Assembly: GCF_000940845.1 (NCBI RefSeq)
Contig: NZ_CP010341.1
Location: 600,001-632,000, forward strand
Origin: Propionibacterium freudenreichii subsp. freudenreichii
GTDB lineage: Bacteria > Actinomycetota > Actinomycetes > Propionibacteriales > Propionibacteriaceae
Direction: 5' to 3'
DNA: 32,000 nucleotides
Below, piece after piece: positions 15,358 to 23,813 of the stretch. A program made the position numbers and the translations under genes. The notes under the pieces are model-generated. The model made no database searches, was not told the origin of the DNA, and saw only the letters and a program-made list of their open reading frames with translations. Numbering within the stretch: the first letter of the stretch is position 1; the number at the start of each line of letters is the position of its first letter.

Positions 15358-16842
15358 GTGGCGACTCGTGCAAGCTCCCGGCTCCTCGAGTGGGGCACCA
15401 GTGCCCTGGTCACGGCCCTGTTCGTCGTGCTGTGGTGGCGCCAGCGTGCCGTCTCGCCGGCCACCCATGAGGAGGCCTCGAGCCTGCTGCACGCCCAGCT
15501 GGGCGTCGGCGGACTCTGGACGGCGAGCGCCCATGCCGACCGTTCCTGGTTCGCCTATTGGCTGTGCCTGGTCCCGATGGGATCCGGGCCCGACGCCCTG
15601 ACGGCGGCCCGTACCTTCTCGCTGGTCTGTGCTGCGGTGATGGTCTTTGCCCTTGCCGCCACGGCGGGTCGGCTGTGGGGCACCGGGGGAGCACTGGTCG
15701 CCGGTGGCTTCCTGGTGGCCAATCCGGCCATCGTCACGCTGGCCCTGTCGGCGCGGGGCGAAATGCTCGGGCTGGCCCTGCTCGCGTTGGCCAGTTGGCT
15801 GCTGGTGGCCCGCCTCGAGAGCTACCAGGACCTTGGCCTGGGGCCGGCCATCGTCTACGGACTGCTGCTCGCGGCCATGGTGGTGTGCGATCTGACGTTG
15901 GCCCCCGTGCTCGTGGCCCACCTGTTCTATGCGGCAACCATGCGTCCCTCGGGGGAGGGCTGGCGCCAGCTGGTGCCCGGTTGGCTGGCGGGTGCGGCCA
16001 TCGCGGTGCTCATCTGGGCCAACGGACATGCGGGCTACACGGTTGCGCCGGGCCCGCAGGACGGCTCTGCGCAACTGCGGGCCGTGGGACGCCTGCTCCT
16101 GGACGCCTCCGGCGGCTTTCCCGGACGGGTGATGCTCGGCGCCGCCGCGCTGATCATCATCATCGCCATCGTCAACACGCACGGCAATGCCTTCTTCGAC
16201 ACCGGCCTGGGACTGGCCGTCCTGATGGTCATCGCCCAGCCCGGCGCTGACCTGCTGCTGGCCCTGACGGGGCGGGCAACGCCTCCCGACCAGGTGCTGG
16301 GCGCCACCACACTGGGAGCCGCGCTGCTGTTGGGCTGCGCGGCCGGACAGTGGCGCGGGGTGAACATGCAGTCGCTGGTCGTGCTGCTGTTGGCCGCTGC
16401 CCTGGGCATCTTCGGCTGGCGCAGCTACTCGCAGGTCAAGCCCAGCTGGCGCAATGCCGACGGAAACCCGCCGCTGGCCCGCGACCTGATGCTCACCACC
16501 ACACCCGGTGACGTCGTGGCGGTCGACGAGGAGTCCGGCCCCGGCCTCACCGGGGCCATCGCGCTGGCCATGGGCGACCAACGCCTGTGGCAGGAGGCCC
16601 GTGACCAGTTGACGGCTTCCTCCCCGCGGGTCTTCCTCGTTGCCGGCCATGAGCCCTGGGCCAGTGCCCCCGCGTCCGCGGCGCAGGCCGGCGGCAACCT
16701 GACCGGGGCGGGCCTGACGGGATCGGTGCGCTGGGTGAGCCTGGACGCCGCCCCAGCGCCCGGCTGGCAGCACTGCACCATCAAGGACTCCGACCCCTAT
16801 GCCCGGGCCACCGTGACCCACCTGGAGTGCGCGGCCAGCTGA
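15358..16842 (+). CDS. Polytopic integral membrane protein with extracytoplasmic C-terminal domain; tentatively a GT-C (GT39/PMT_2/ArnT-like) glycosyltransferase
   Basis: 494-aa ORF (GTG start) with about 10 hydrophobic segments. The early loop THEEASSLLHAQ resembles the D/E-E-x motif of GT-C enzymes. The roughly 140-aa soluble C-terminus ends in Cys-containing ...CTIKDSD...HLECAAS. Function is inference only. Confidence 0.6.
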   Translation: MATRASSRLLEWGTSALVTALFVVLWWRQRAVSPATHEEASSLLHAQLGVGGLWTASAHADRSWFAYWLCLVPMGSGPDALTAARTFSLVCAAVMVFALAATAGRLWGTGGALVAGGFLVANPAIVTLALSARGEMLGLALLALASWLLVARLESYQDLGLGPAIVYGLLLAAMVVCDLTLAPVLVAHLFYAATMRPSGEGWRQLVPGWLAGAAIAVLIWANGHAGYTVAPGPQDGSAQLRAVGRLLLDASGGFPGRVMLGAAALIIIIAIVNTHGNAFFDTGLGLAVLMVIAQPGADLLLALTGRATPPDQVLGATTLGAALLLGCAAGQWRGVNMQSLVVLLLAAALGIFGWRSYSQVKPSWRNADGNPPLARDLMLTTTPGDVVAVDEESGPGLTGAIALAMGDQRLWQEARDQLTASSPRVFLVAGHEPWASAPASAAQAGGNLTGAGLTGSVRWVSLDAAPAPGWQHCTIKDSDPYARATVTHLECAAS

Positions 16843-16984
16843 ATCGGACGGCCGCATGACCACCTGCCAGGCCCCGGAGCGCCCTGCCTGTCCGTCCTGC
16901 CGCCCGGCCCCACCCCGACCGACGGGTTTGCGGCCGATGGGTACGAGTTCGCACTGCGGGCGGTGATTCGCTAGACTTCTCTGG

Positions 16985-17012
16985 TTGACGGTGTCGGTGA
17001 GCCGCGTAATGC
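16985..17012 (+). promoter_or_regulatory. Weak candidate promoter for tRNA-Trp (TTGACG-16 nt-TAATGC)
   Basis: TTGACG at 16985-16990 and TAATGC at 17007-17012. The -10 lacks the terminal T, so support is weak. Confidence 0.25.
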
Positions 17013-17032
17013 GCTGCTCGTCACAGCGCCGA

Positions 17033-17105
<73 letters not shown>

Positions 17106-17274
17106 CGATAGCACGGGATCCGTGATTCGCAGATGCAGCCGACTAGGCTCGCTTCTGGTGGACCAATTCCATGCATGATCACAGGGCTTGCCGTTCCGGT
17201 TCCTCCGGTTCGGTGGGGTCCATCCATCAGGGGCGCCCACCCGGACGCCCCTCAACGTCGATGAAGGGCAATTC

Positions 17275-17862
17275 GTGGCAGACCGGAGCGAGCGCGCAAA
17301 ACGTCGCGCTGAGCAGGCCCAGTCCGGCCCTGTGAAGCGCCACCGCTCGACCGGTGAGCACATGGAGGCAGATGACCTGCCCGGTTCCATGCTGCCCGAG
17401 GCCAATGGCGAACCCGATCCGGCAGTGATCGATGACGCCGATGCCGAAGAGCTGACCAACGCCGACGACACGGTGGATTCGACGCCCGACAAGGGTGACC
17501 CCGACGACGTCCGGATCGACGACGAGTCGCAGCTGGACGAGGCGGAGCGTCGCGCCGATGAGGCGAAGGACGAGAAGCCCACGCCGATCGTCCGCAAGCA
17601 CAGCACCAGCCCGGTGCGCAAGGCCGGCGGTGCCCGTGCGAAGGCGGGCAAGCCGGCCCAGGCCAAGAAGGGCCACAAGCGCGCCGGCCCCATTACATTC
17701 ACCAAGCAGTCGGTGGGCGAGCTCAAGAAGGTCGTGTGGCCCACCGGCGAGCAGACCGGCCAGTATTTCGTTGTCGTCCTTGTTTTCGTGCTGTTCATCA
17801 TGGCCGTCGTGGCCGGACTGGACTTCGGACTCACCCGGCTCCTGCTGTGGCTGTTCGGCTGA
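17275..17862 (+). CDS. secE: Preprotein translocase subunit SecE with a long charged N-terminal extension
   Basis: C-terminus FTKQSVGELKKVVWPTGEQTGQYFVVVLVFVLFIMAVVAGLDFGLTRLLLWLFG is the SecE TM/hinge core (compare M. tuberculosis ...EMRKVIWPNRKQ...LADFGLAKLVLLVFG). Start is uncertain: GTG 17275 (GAAGGG SD, 6-nt spacing) is preferred, ATG 17362 is the alternative, and the TTG 17188 of the track is unsupported. Confidence 0.85.
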   Translation: MADRSERAKRRAEQAQSGPVKRHRSTGEHMEADDLPGSMLPEANGEPDPAVIDDADAEELTNADDTVDSTPDKGDPDDVRIDDESQLDEAERRADEAKDEKPTPIVRKHSTSPVRKAGGARAKAGKPAQAKKGHKRAGPITFTKQSVGELKKVVWPTGEQTGQYFVVVLVFVLFIMAVVAGLDFGLTRLLLWLFG

Positions 17863-17881
17863 TACTAGGAGGAAGACAGAC

Positions 17882-18760
17882 GTGACGCAGACTCCCGACG
17901 AGGGCGACAACAAGCCCCTCGAGGAGACCGAGCTCAATCTCGGATCCAACGACGACCAGGGTGATACCGATACCGGCATCAACCTGGACTTCGCTGACTT
18001 CAGCGACGACGATGCCAAGTCCGGTGCCGAGCTGAACCTCGGCCCACTGCCCACCGAGGAGGGTGAGGCCGACAAGGCCGAGCCCGCGGCCGATCAGGAC
18101 GCCGAGAAGCCCGACGAGGAGGCCCCCTCCCAGGAGGACGAGGCCGTCGCCAAGGCCCTGGAGGAGCTGCACGACGATCTGGTGGTCAAGCCCGGTGAGT
18201 GGTACGTGGTGCACACCTATTCGGGCATGGAGAACCGCGTCAAGCAGAACATCGACAATCGTGTGAAGTCCCTCAACATGGAGGACTACATCTACGAGAC
18301 GGTCGTGCCCACCGAGGACGCCGTCGAGATGCGCAAGGGACAGCGCAAGAAGGTCACCCGCGTGTTCATGCCCGGCTACGTGCTGGTGCGCATGGAGATG
18401 ACCGATGAGAGCTGGTCGACGGTGCGCCACACCCCGTCGGTGACCGGCTTCGTCGGCCAGGGCCAGACCCCCGCGCCGCTGGACCTGTCGGAGGTCGAGC
18501 ACATGCTCACCCCGTCGGTCACCGCCCAGGTGGTCGCGTCCGGCGAGGCGAAGGCCGGCGCCGACCAGGAGAAGGTCGAGGTCGTCGACTACGCCGTGGG
18601 CGACCAGGTCATGGTGATCGACGGACCCTTCGCCGGGGTGCACGCCACCATCACCGAGATCAATACGCACAACCAACGCTTGAAGGCCGATGTCGAGATC
18701 CTGGGTCGCGAGACCCCGGTAGACTTGACCTTCCCGCAGATCCAAAAGGTCATCGACTAG
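17882..18760 (+). CDS. nusG: Transcription termination/antitermination factor NusG with an acidic N-terminal extension of about 104 aa
   Basis: GTG 17882 lies 9 nt after AGGAGG (17867-17872). NGN domain GEWYVVHTYSGMENRVKQNI, PGYVLVRM, and KOW domain GDQVMVIDGPFAG...VEILGRETPVDLTFPQIQKV. The VT... start parallels M. tuberculosis NusG. The track ORF start at 17495 overlaps secE and is rejected. Confidence 0.93.
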   Translation: MTQTPDEGDNKPLEETELNLGSNDDQGDTDTGINLDFADFSDDDAKSGAELNLGPLPTEEGEADKAEPAADQDAEKPDEEAPSQEDEAVAKALEELHDDLVVKPGEWYVVHTYSGMENRVKQNIDNRVKSLNMEDYIYETVVPTEDAVEMRKGQRKKVTRVFMPGYVLVRMEMTDESWSTVRHTPSVTGFVGQGQTPAPLDLSEVEHMLTPSVTAQVVASGEAKAGADQEKVEVVDYAVGDQVMVIDGPFAGVHATITEINTHNQRLKADVEILGRETPVDLTFPQIQKVID

Positions 18761-18869
18761 AAGATCTGCATGACCCCTCGGGGTCGGGCGTCAGGGCGCC
18801 CCTCTGAATTCCGGCACATCGTCCCTGCAGCGTGCGCCGGGCAACCAGCAATGTGAAGAAGGACCCAAC

Positions 18870-19298
18870 ATGCCTCCTAAGAAGAAGGTAGCGGCGGTCG
18901 TCAAGATCGCCATCGCAGCTGGTTCCGCGACCCCTGCGCCTCCCGTCGGCACCGCCCTCGGACCGCATGGTGTCAACATCATGGAGTTCGTCAAGGCATA
19001 CAACGCCAAGACGGAAGCCCAGCGTGGAACCATCGTTCCGGCCGAGATCACGATCTACGAAGACCGGACCTTTGACTTCATCACCAAGACGCCTCCGGCG
19101 GCCGAGCTCATCAAGAAGGCGGCCGGCGTGCAGAAGGGTTCCGGTCAGCCGGACAAGGAAAAGGTCGGCACCATCACCTCTGACCAGGTGCGTGAGATCG
19201 CTGAGACCAAGATGCCCGACCTCAACGCGAACAGCGTCGAGCAGGCCATGAAGATCGTTGCAGGAACCGCCCGCTCCATGGGCGTCACCGTCAAGTAG
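18870..19298 (+). CDS. rplK: 50S ribosomal protein L11
   Basis: [45 protein letters not shown] is a canonical L11 N-terminus. GAAGGA SD. Confidence 0.96.
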   Translation: MPPKKKVAAVVKIAIAAGSATPAPPVGTALGPHGVNIMEFVKAYNAKTEAQRGTIVPAEITIYEDRTFDFITKTPPAAELIKKAAGVQKGSGQPDKEKVGTITSDQVREIAETKMPDLNANSVEQAMKIVAGTARSMGVTVK

Positions 19299-19417
19299 CG
19301 ATCCCCGCTGGCAACGGATCCTGCATCCGGGGGCCAGCACCCGACAACTGGCAGGGTCGTGCGCCCGAACCAGGAACTGGTGAATCAGCCCGCGAGGCTG
19401 AAAGGAAGGAACCAGAT

Positions 19418-20128
19418 ATGAAGCACTCCAAGCGCTACAGGGCAGATGCTGCACTCAGTGACCCTGAGCAGCTGTACACGCCCGATGAGGCACTGGCCAT
19501 CATCAAGCAGTACACGCCCGGCAAGTTCGACGAGACCGTCGAGGTGTCGATGCGCCTCGGTGTTGATCCCCGCAAGGCGGATCAGATGGTGCGCGGCACC
19601 ATCAACCTGCCCAATGGCACTGGCAAGACGGCGCGGGTCCTCGTCTTCGCCCAGGGCGCCAAGGCCACCGAGGCCCTCGAAGCGGGTGCCGATGAGGTGG
19701 GCGGCGATGACCTCATCGCACGCGTCAACGACGGCTACCTTGACTTCGACGCCGTCGTCGCCACGCCCGACCTGATGGGCAAGGTTGGTCGTCTGGGCCG
19801 CGTGCTCGGCCCCCGCGGCCTCATGCCCAACCCGAAGACCGGCACCGTGACCATGGATGTCACCAAGGCCGTCTCCGACATCAAGGGCGGCAAGATCGAG
19901 TTCCGCGTTGATCGCCACTCGAACCTGCAGTTCATCGTCGGCAAGCTGAGCTTCACCACCGACGCCCTGGAGCAGAACTTCCGGGCCGCCGCTGATGAGG
20001 TCTACCGTCTTCGTCCCAGCACCTCCAAGGGCCGCTATGTGAAGAAGATCACCGTGTCCACGACGATGGGCCCGGGCGTTCAGGTTGATCCGGTGGCGGC
20101 ACGTCCCGCCAGCGAGGTCTCTTCCTGA
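19418..20128 (+). CDS. rplA: 50S ribosomal protein L1
   Basis: 236 aa. [35 protein letters not shown] and [15 protein letters not shown] are L1 signatures. GGAAGGA SD. Confidence 0.96.
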   Translation: MKHSKRYRADAALSDPEQLYTPDEALAIIKQYTPGKFDETVEVSMRLGVDPRKADQMVRGTINLPNGTGKTARVLVFAQGAKATEALEAGADEVGGDDLIARVNDGYLDFDAVVATPDLMGKVGRLGRVLGPRGLMPNPKTGTVTMDVTKAVSDIKGGKIEFRVDRHSNLQFIVGKLSFTTDALEQNFRAAADEVYRLRPSTSKGRYVKKITVSTTMGPGVQVDPVAARPASEVSS

Positions 20129-20143
20129 TCCAGCAGCACTGAT

Positions 20144-20189
20144 AGGGCCGGGGCCGGTGCCACCTTCGGGTGGGGCCGGCCCCGGCCCT
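20144..20189 (+). terminator. Strong GC-rich hairpin terminator after rplA
   Basis: AGGGCCGGGGCCGGTGCCACC-TTCG-GGTGGGGCCGGCCCCGGCCCT: 21 stem positions, of which 19 are Watson-Crick, 1 is a G-U wobble and 1 is a mismatch. TTCG tetraloop, followed by TTGTG. Confidence 0.7.
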
Positions 20190-20295
20190 TGTGCGTGGGG
20201 CTTCGCCCGAGCCCAAGATGGCAGGCTTCGCCCGCGGAGAACGCATTCCACCCGGTGACACGGCGGTCCGCGTTGCGGCACACGGGGCGGTTAGC

Positions 20296-21168
20296 ATGGT
20301 CGCCGTGACAGATCAGCGCGAGGAAGCAACGGTGCAACCCACAACGCCCCAGGCGGTCAATGGCGTCCTGCCGCCGAACTGGGTGACCCATCCCGCCGGA
20401 CTGGACTACGAGCGCCATTGCCTGGACGCGGCCCCCGGCGCCCTCTACGACTACGAGACCGGGTGGGAGCACCAGCGCGAGATCCTCGACGCCGTCGCCC
20501 ACCACCGCAGCCCCAACCGCGTCCTGTACGTGCAGCACGAATCGGTGTACACCGCCGGACGCCAGACCCAGCCCGAGGACCGTCCCTTCGACGGCACGCC
20601 GGTGGTCGACGTCGACCGCGGCGGGCGCATCACCTGGCACGGTCCCGGCCAGCTGGTCGGCTATCCGATCATCTTCCTGCAGCGCGGCGTGGGCGTCGTG
20701 GACTATGTGCGACGCGTCGAGGAGGCGGTGATCCGCCTGCTCGCCCAGTACGGCATCGCGACGGGCCGCATTCCCGGACGCACCGGCGTGTGGCTCGCCT
20801 CCGACGGCATCCGTCCTGAACGCAAGATCTGTGCCATCGGGGTGCGCTGCGCCCACCAGACCACCATGCACGGCTTCGCGCTCAACGTTGACCCTGCCTT
20901 CGATCGCTTCGACAACATCGTGCCCTGCGGGATCGACGACGCCGACGTCACCTCGATCCGCCGCGAACTGGGCCGGGCGCCCTCCCTGTCGCAGGTGGCC
21001 GATGACCTGACGCCCCATCTCACCGAGATGATGTCGTTCGCCCCCTACCAGATGTCGCCCGACGTGCCGCGCACCCAGCACGCGGCCTTCCATCACCCGA
21101 CCGCGGACCATCCCGCCGCCGACCATCACCAGCCCCAGCCCAATGTCGTCAAGGAGATCCGGCTATGA
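20296..21168 (+). CDS. lipB: Octanoyltransferase (lipoyl(octanoyl) transferase) LipB with a His-rich C-terminal tail
   Basis: [58 protein letters not shown] and VPCGI closely parallel M. tuberculosis LipB. The start is placed at ATG 20296 because the track start 20170 lies inside the rplA terminator hairpin; ATG 20218 is also possible. Stop overlaps the lipA ATG (ATGA 21165-21168). Confidence 0.88.
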   Translation: MVAVTDQREEATVQPTTPQAVNGVLPPNWVTHPAGLDYERHCLDAAPGALYDYETGWEHQREILDAVAHHRSPNRVLYVQHESVYTAGRQTQPEDRPFDGTPVVDVDRGGRITWHGPGQLVGYPIIFLQRGVGVVDYVRRVEEAVIRLLAQYGIATGRIPGRTGVWLASDGIRPERKICAIGVRCAHQTTMHGFALNVDPAFDRFDNIVPCGIDDADVTSIRRELGRAPSLSQVADDLTPHLTEMMSFAPYQMSPDVPRTQHAAFHHPTADHPAADHHQPQPNVVKEIRL

Positions 21169-22115
21169 CCACACCAGCACAGGGCAGACGCCTGCTGCGC
21201 ATCGAGAAGAAGAACTCCCAGACGCCCATCGAGAAGGGACGTCCCGCCTGGCTGCGGACGCGGCTGTCCATGGGCCCCGAATACCTCGATGTGCGCGAGC
21301 GCACCGGTGGTGAGGGCCTGCACACCGTCTGCCAGGAGGCCGGGTGTCCCAATATCTTCGAATGCTGGGAAGACCGGGAGGCCACCTTCCTGATCGGTGG
21401 TGAGCACTGCACGCGTCGTTGCGACTTCTGCCAGATCGAGTCGGCACGTCCCACCGGTTACGACCGTGACGAGCCCCGCCGCGTGGGGGAGTCGGTGAAG
21501 CAGCTCGGCCTGCGCTATGCCACGATCACCAGCGTCTGCCGCGATGACCTGCCCGACGAGGGTGCCTGGCTGTGCGCCGAGACCATCCGCCAGGTGCACA
21601 GCCAGAACCCCGGCGTGGGTGTCGAGATGCTCGCCCAGGACTTCTCCGCCAAGCAGGAACTGCTCGACCAGGTGTTCGAGGCGGCCCCGGAGGTGTTCGG
21701 CCACAACGTGGAGACCGTGCCGCGCCTGTTCAAGCAGATCCGTCCCGGATTCGACTACGACCGCTCGCTGCAGGTGCTGACGATGGCCCATGAGGCCGGC
21801 GTCATCTCCAAGTCGAACCTCATCCTCGGCATGGGCGAGACCGACGACGAGGTGGCCCGGGCCCTGCAGGACATCCACGACGCCGGTGCCGAACTGGTGA
21901 CGATCACCCAGTACCTGCGTCCCAATGTCACGCTGCGCCCCGTGGACCGCTGGGTGACCCCCCAGCAGTTCGTCGAATTCGGCAAGCTGGCCGACCAGAT
22001 CGGCTTCATGGGCGTGATGAGCGGCCCGCTGGTGCGTTCCAGCTACCGGGCCGGCAAGCTCTACCGCCAGGCCATGAGTGGACGCGAGGCCGCCGCGCAG
22101 GCTGCCGAGGCATAG
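21165..22115 (+). CDS. lipA: Lipoyl synthase (radical SAM)
   Basis: [13 protein letters not shown] auxiliary-cluster motif and CTRRCDFC radical-SAM CxxxCxxC motif. C-terminal RSSY. AAGGAG SD at 21151-21156 lies inside the lipB 3' end. Confidence 0.95.
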   Translation: MTTPAQGRRLLRIEKKNSQTPIEKGRPAWLRTRLSMGPEYLDVRERTGGEGLHTVCQEAGCPNIFECWEDREATFLIGGEHCTRRCDFCQIESARPTGYDRDEPRRVGESVKQLGLRYATITSVCRDDLPDEGAWLCAETIRQVHSQNPGVGVEMLAQDFSAKQELLDQVFEAAPEVFGHNVETVPRLFKQIRPGFDYDRSLQVLTMAHEAGVISKSNLILGMGETDDEVARALQDIHDAGAELVTITQYLRPNVTLRPVDRWVTPQQFVEFGKLADQIGFMGVMSGPLVRSSYRAGKLYRQAMSGREAAAQAAEA

Positions 22116-22155
22116 CAACCACCAGGCACGGGCAGGGCACGGCGGCAGGCGTCGT

Positions 22156-22264
22156 GCCCTGTTCGTTTGCCCCGGGGCGGCAAGCGCCCTGCTGTGTTCG
22201 TTTGCTCTACGGCGGCAAGCGCCCTGCTGTGCTCGTTTGCTCTACGGCGACAAGCGCCCTAGAG
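22156..22264. repeat. 35-bp tandem repeat: two full units, one degenerate 30-bp unit, and a 9-bp start of a fourth
   Basis: GCCCTGTTCGTTTGCCCCGGGGCGGCAAGC (22156-22185), GCCCTGCTGTGTTCGTTTGCTCTACGGCGGCAAGC (22186-22220), GCCCTGCTGTGCTCGTTTGCTCTACGGCGACAAGC (22221-22255), GCCCTAGAG (22256-22264). Confidence 0.85.
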
Positions 22265-22265
22265 T
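22237..22265 (+). promoter_or_regulatory. Candidate rplJ-rplL promoter (TTGCTC-17 nt-TAGAGT) formed by the last repeat unit
   Basis: -35-like TTGCTC at 22237-22242, 17-nt spacer, -10 TAGAGT at 22260-22265 (TAnnnT). This would give a leader of about 210 nt. Confidence 0.35.
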
Positions 22266-22358
22266 TGTCCAAGCCGAAGACCGCCGGTGGTTTCGACCAC
22301 AAGCTCGAGAGAGCGCCAGCGTAGGTGACCGACACAGGTTTGGGTTCACGCCCAGCCC

Positions 22359-22392
22359 TCCCCGGACGCCAGCGCGCCGGGGATTTTTTCTT
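22359..22392 (+). terminator. Canonical intrinsic terminator hairpin with T6 tract inside the rplJ upstream region (lipA terminator and/or L10-leader attenuator)
   Basis: TCCCCGG-A-CGC-CAGC-GCG-CCGGGGA (7 bp + 3 bp stem, 1-nt bulge) at 22359-22383, followed by TTTTTTCTT at 22384-22392. It lies 92 nt before the rplJ ATG. Confidence 0.7.
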
Positions 22393-22483
22393 GTCCGGGT
22401 ATCGCACCCGATGATGGGCGGACCTACCAGGGTCTTCGACGCGTACGAGATTTCACTTGTACGAGAAGTGGGAAGGAGACCCA

Positions 22484-23131
22484 ATGGCGAAACCTGACAA
22501 GGCAGCGGCCGTTGCGGAGCTCACGGAGAAGTTCACCGAGAGCAACGCCACAGTGCTGACCGAGTACCGCGGACTCTCCGTGCAGGATCTGCAGGATCTA
22601 CGCAGATCGCTCGGGGACAACGCCAGTTACGCCGTTGTGAAGAACACTCTGACCAAGCTCGCTGCCAAGGAGGCTGGCGTCGAAGGACTCGACGACCAGC
22701 TCACCGGCCCGACGGCTGTCGCCTTTATCTCAGGTGACATCGCCACGGTGGCGAAGGGTCTGCGTGACTTCGCAAAGGCCAACCCGCTTCTGGTCATCAA
22801 GGGCGGCGTCATGGATGGACAAATCCTCGACGCCGAAACGGTCACCAAGCTCGCCGACATTGGTTCGCGCGAGGAACTGCTCGCCAAGCTGGCAAGTGCC
22901 ATGAAGGCGTCCATGAGCAATGCCGTGGCCACATTCGCTGCACCGCTGAGCCAGGCTGCCCGCCTCATGGGCGCCCTGGAGAGCAAGGCGCAGGGAGATC
23001 CCTCAGTCATCGGTGGGGCCGGAACCCCCGCCGCCGACCAGAAGCAAGACACCGCCGAGGAATCGGCACCCGAGGCAGCAAGCGCTGCTGAGGAATCAGC
23101 AGACGCAGCTGACGCTGCATCGAACGAATAA
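22484..23131 (+). CDS. rplJ: 50S ribosomal protein L10 with an acidic C-terminal tail of about 45 aa
   Basis: ATG 22484 lies 5 nt after [51 protein letters not shown] parallels M. tuberculosis RplJ. The track start 22457 is unsupported. Confidence 0.94.
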   Translation: MAKPDKAAAVAELTEKFTESNATVLTEYRGLSVQDLQDLRRSLGDNASYAVVKNTLTKLAAKEAGVEGLDDQLTGPTAVAFISGDIATVAKGLRDFAKANPLLVIKGGVMDGQILDAETVTKLADIGSREELLAKLASAMKASMSNAVATFAAPLSQAARLMGALESKAQGDPSVIGGAGTPAADQKQDTAEESAPEAASAAEESADAADAASNE

Positions 23132-23147
23132 GGAAGGACGCCCCATC

Positions 23148-23543
23148 ATGGCGAAGCTGAGCACTGAAGAGCTCCTTGACCAGTTCAAGGACATGACTCT
23201 CATCGAACTGTCCGATTTCGTGAAGGCATTCGAGGATGCCTTTGACGTGAAGGCCGCCGCTCCGGTGGCCGTCGCCGCTGCTCCGGCAGCCGGCGCTGGC
23301 GAAGGCGAGGGCGCTGCTGACGACGCCAACGCCGAGGTCGACGTCGTTCTCGACTCGATTGACTCCTCCAAGAAGATCCAGGTCATCAAGGAGGTCCGCG
23401 CGCTCACCAGCCTCGGCCTCAAGGATGCCAAGGACCTCGTCGAGAGCGCTCCGAAGATTGTCCTGGAAAAGGTCAACAAGGACACCGCGAACGACGCCAA
23501 GGAGAAGCTCGAGGGCGCCGGCGCCACCGTTTCCTTCAAGTGA
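23148..23543 (+). CDS. rplL: 50S ribosomal protein L7/L12
   Basis: [34 protein letters not shown], an Ala-rich hinge, and C-terminal [67 protein letters not shown]. The track start 23013 overlaps rplJ and is rejected. Confidence 0.96.
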   Translation: MAKLSTEELLDQFKDMTLIELSDFVKAFEDAFDVKAAAPVAVAAAPAAGAGEGEGAADDANAEVDVVLDSIDSSKKIQVIKEVRALTSLGLKDAKDLVESAPKIVLEKVNKDTANDAKEKLEGAGATVSFK

Positions 23544-23611
23544 CCCAGTCACCTGACTGATGCGGTGACGCAACCGGGCCACTGGTCCGGACGCGTTGAG
23601 CATTGATCCAC

Positions 23612-23649
23612 CAGTAGGGGTGGGGCAACTCGTTGCCCCACCCCTACTG
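23612..23649 (+). terminator. Perfect 17-bp hairpin after rplL
   Basis: CAGTAGGGGTGGGGCAA-CTCG-TTGCCCCACCCCTACTG followed by TCTTGT. Confidence 0.7.
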
Positions 23650-23813
23650 TCTTGTCCGGCACCTCCTGTCCTTCCGGCAACCACTGGCTTTTCCGGGGCC
23701 CGGCTGCCTCCCGGTCGCGCCGCTCGTCCACAGACGACTTGCGGCACGGCTGCGATGGGGCACCATGGGAGTTGGCACGCAGACGACGAGTGATGAAGGG
23801 GGAAGTCCCGCGC

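Noticed and set aside
13516-16863. 1115-aa minus-strand ORF spanning the dehydratase, murB and membrane-protein genes
   Set aside because: Same shadow-ORF effect. It crosses three independently well-supported plus-strand genes and two intergenic gaps, and has no recognisable domains.
17188-17881. Track starts TTG 17188 for secE and 17495 for nusG (421 aa)
   Set aside because: The 17495 frame overlaps secE out of frame for 368 nt, whereas GTG 17882 has a perfect AGGAGG SD and matches the mycobacterial VT... N-terminus. TTG 17188 has no SD and would translate through a hairpin. SD-supported starts were chosen instead.
22156-22264. Tandem repeats as a possible CRISPR array or mobile-element end
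   Set aside because: Units are directly adjacent with no unique spacers. There are only about 3 copies, no cas genes, no terminal inverted repeats and no transposase. Interpreted as a simple tandem duplication in a promoter/leader region. The same reasoning applies to 13186-13263.
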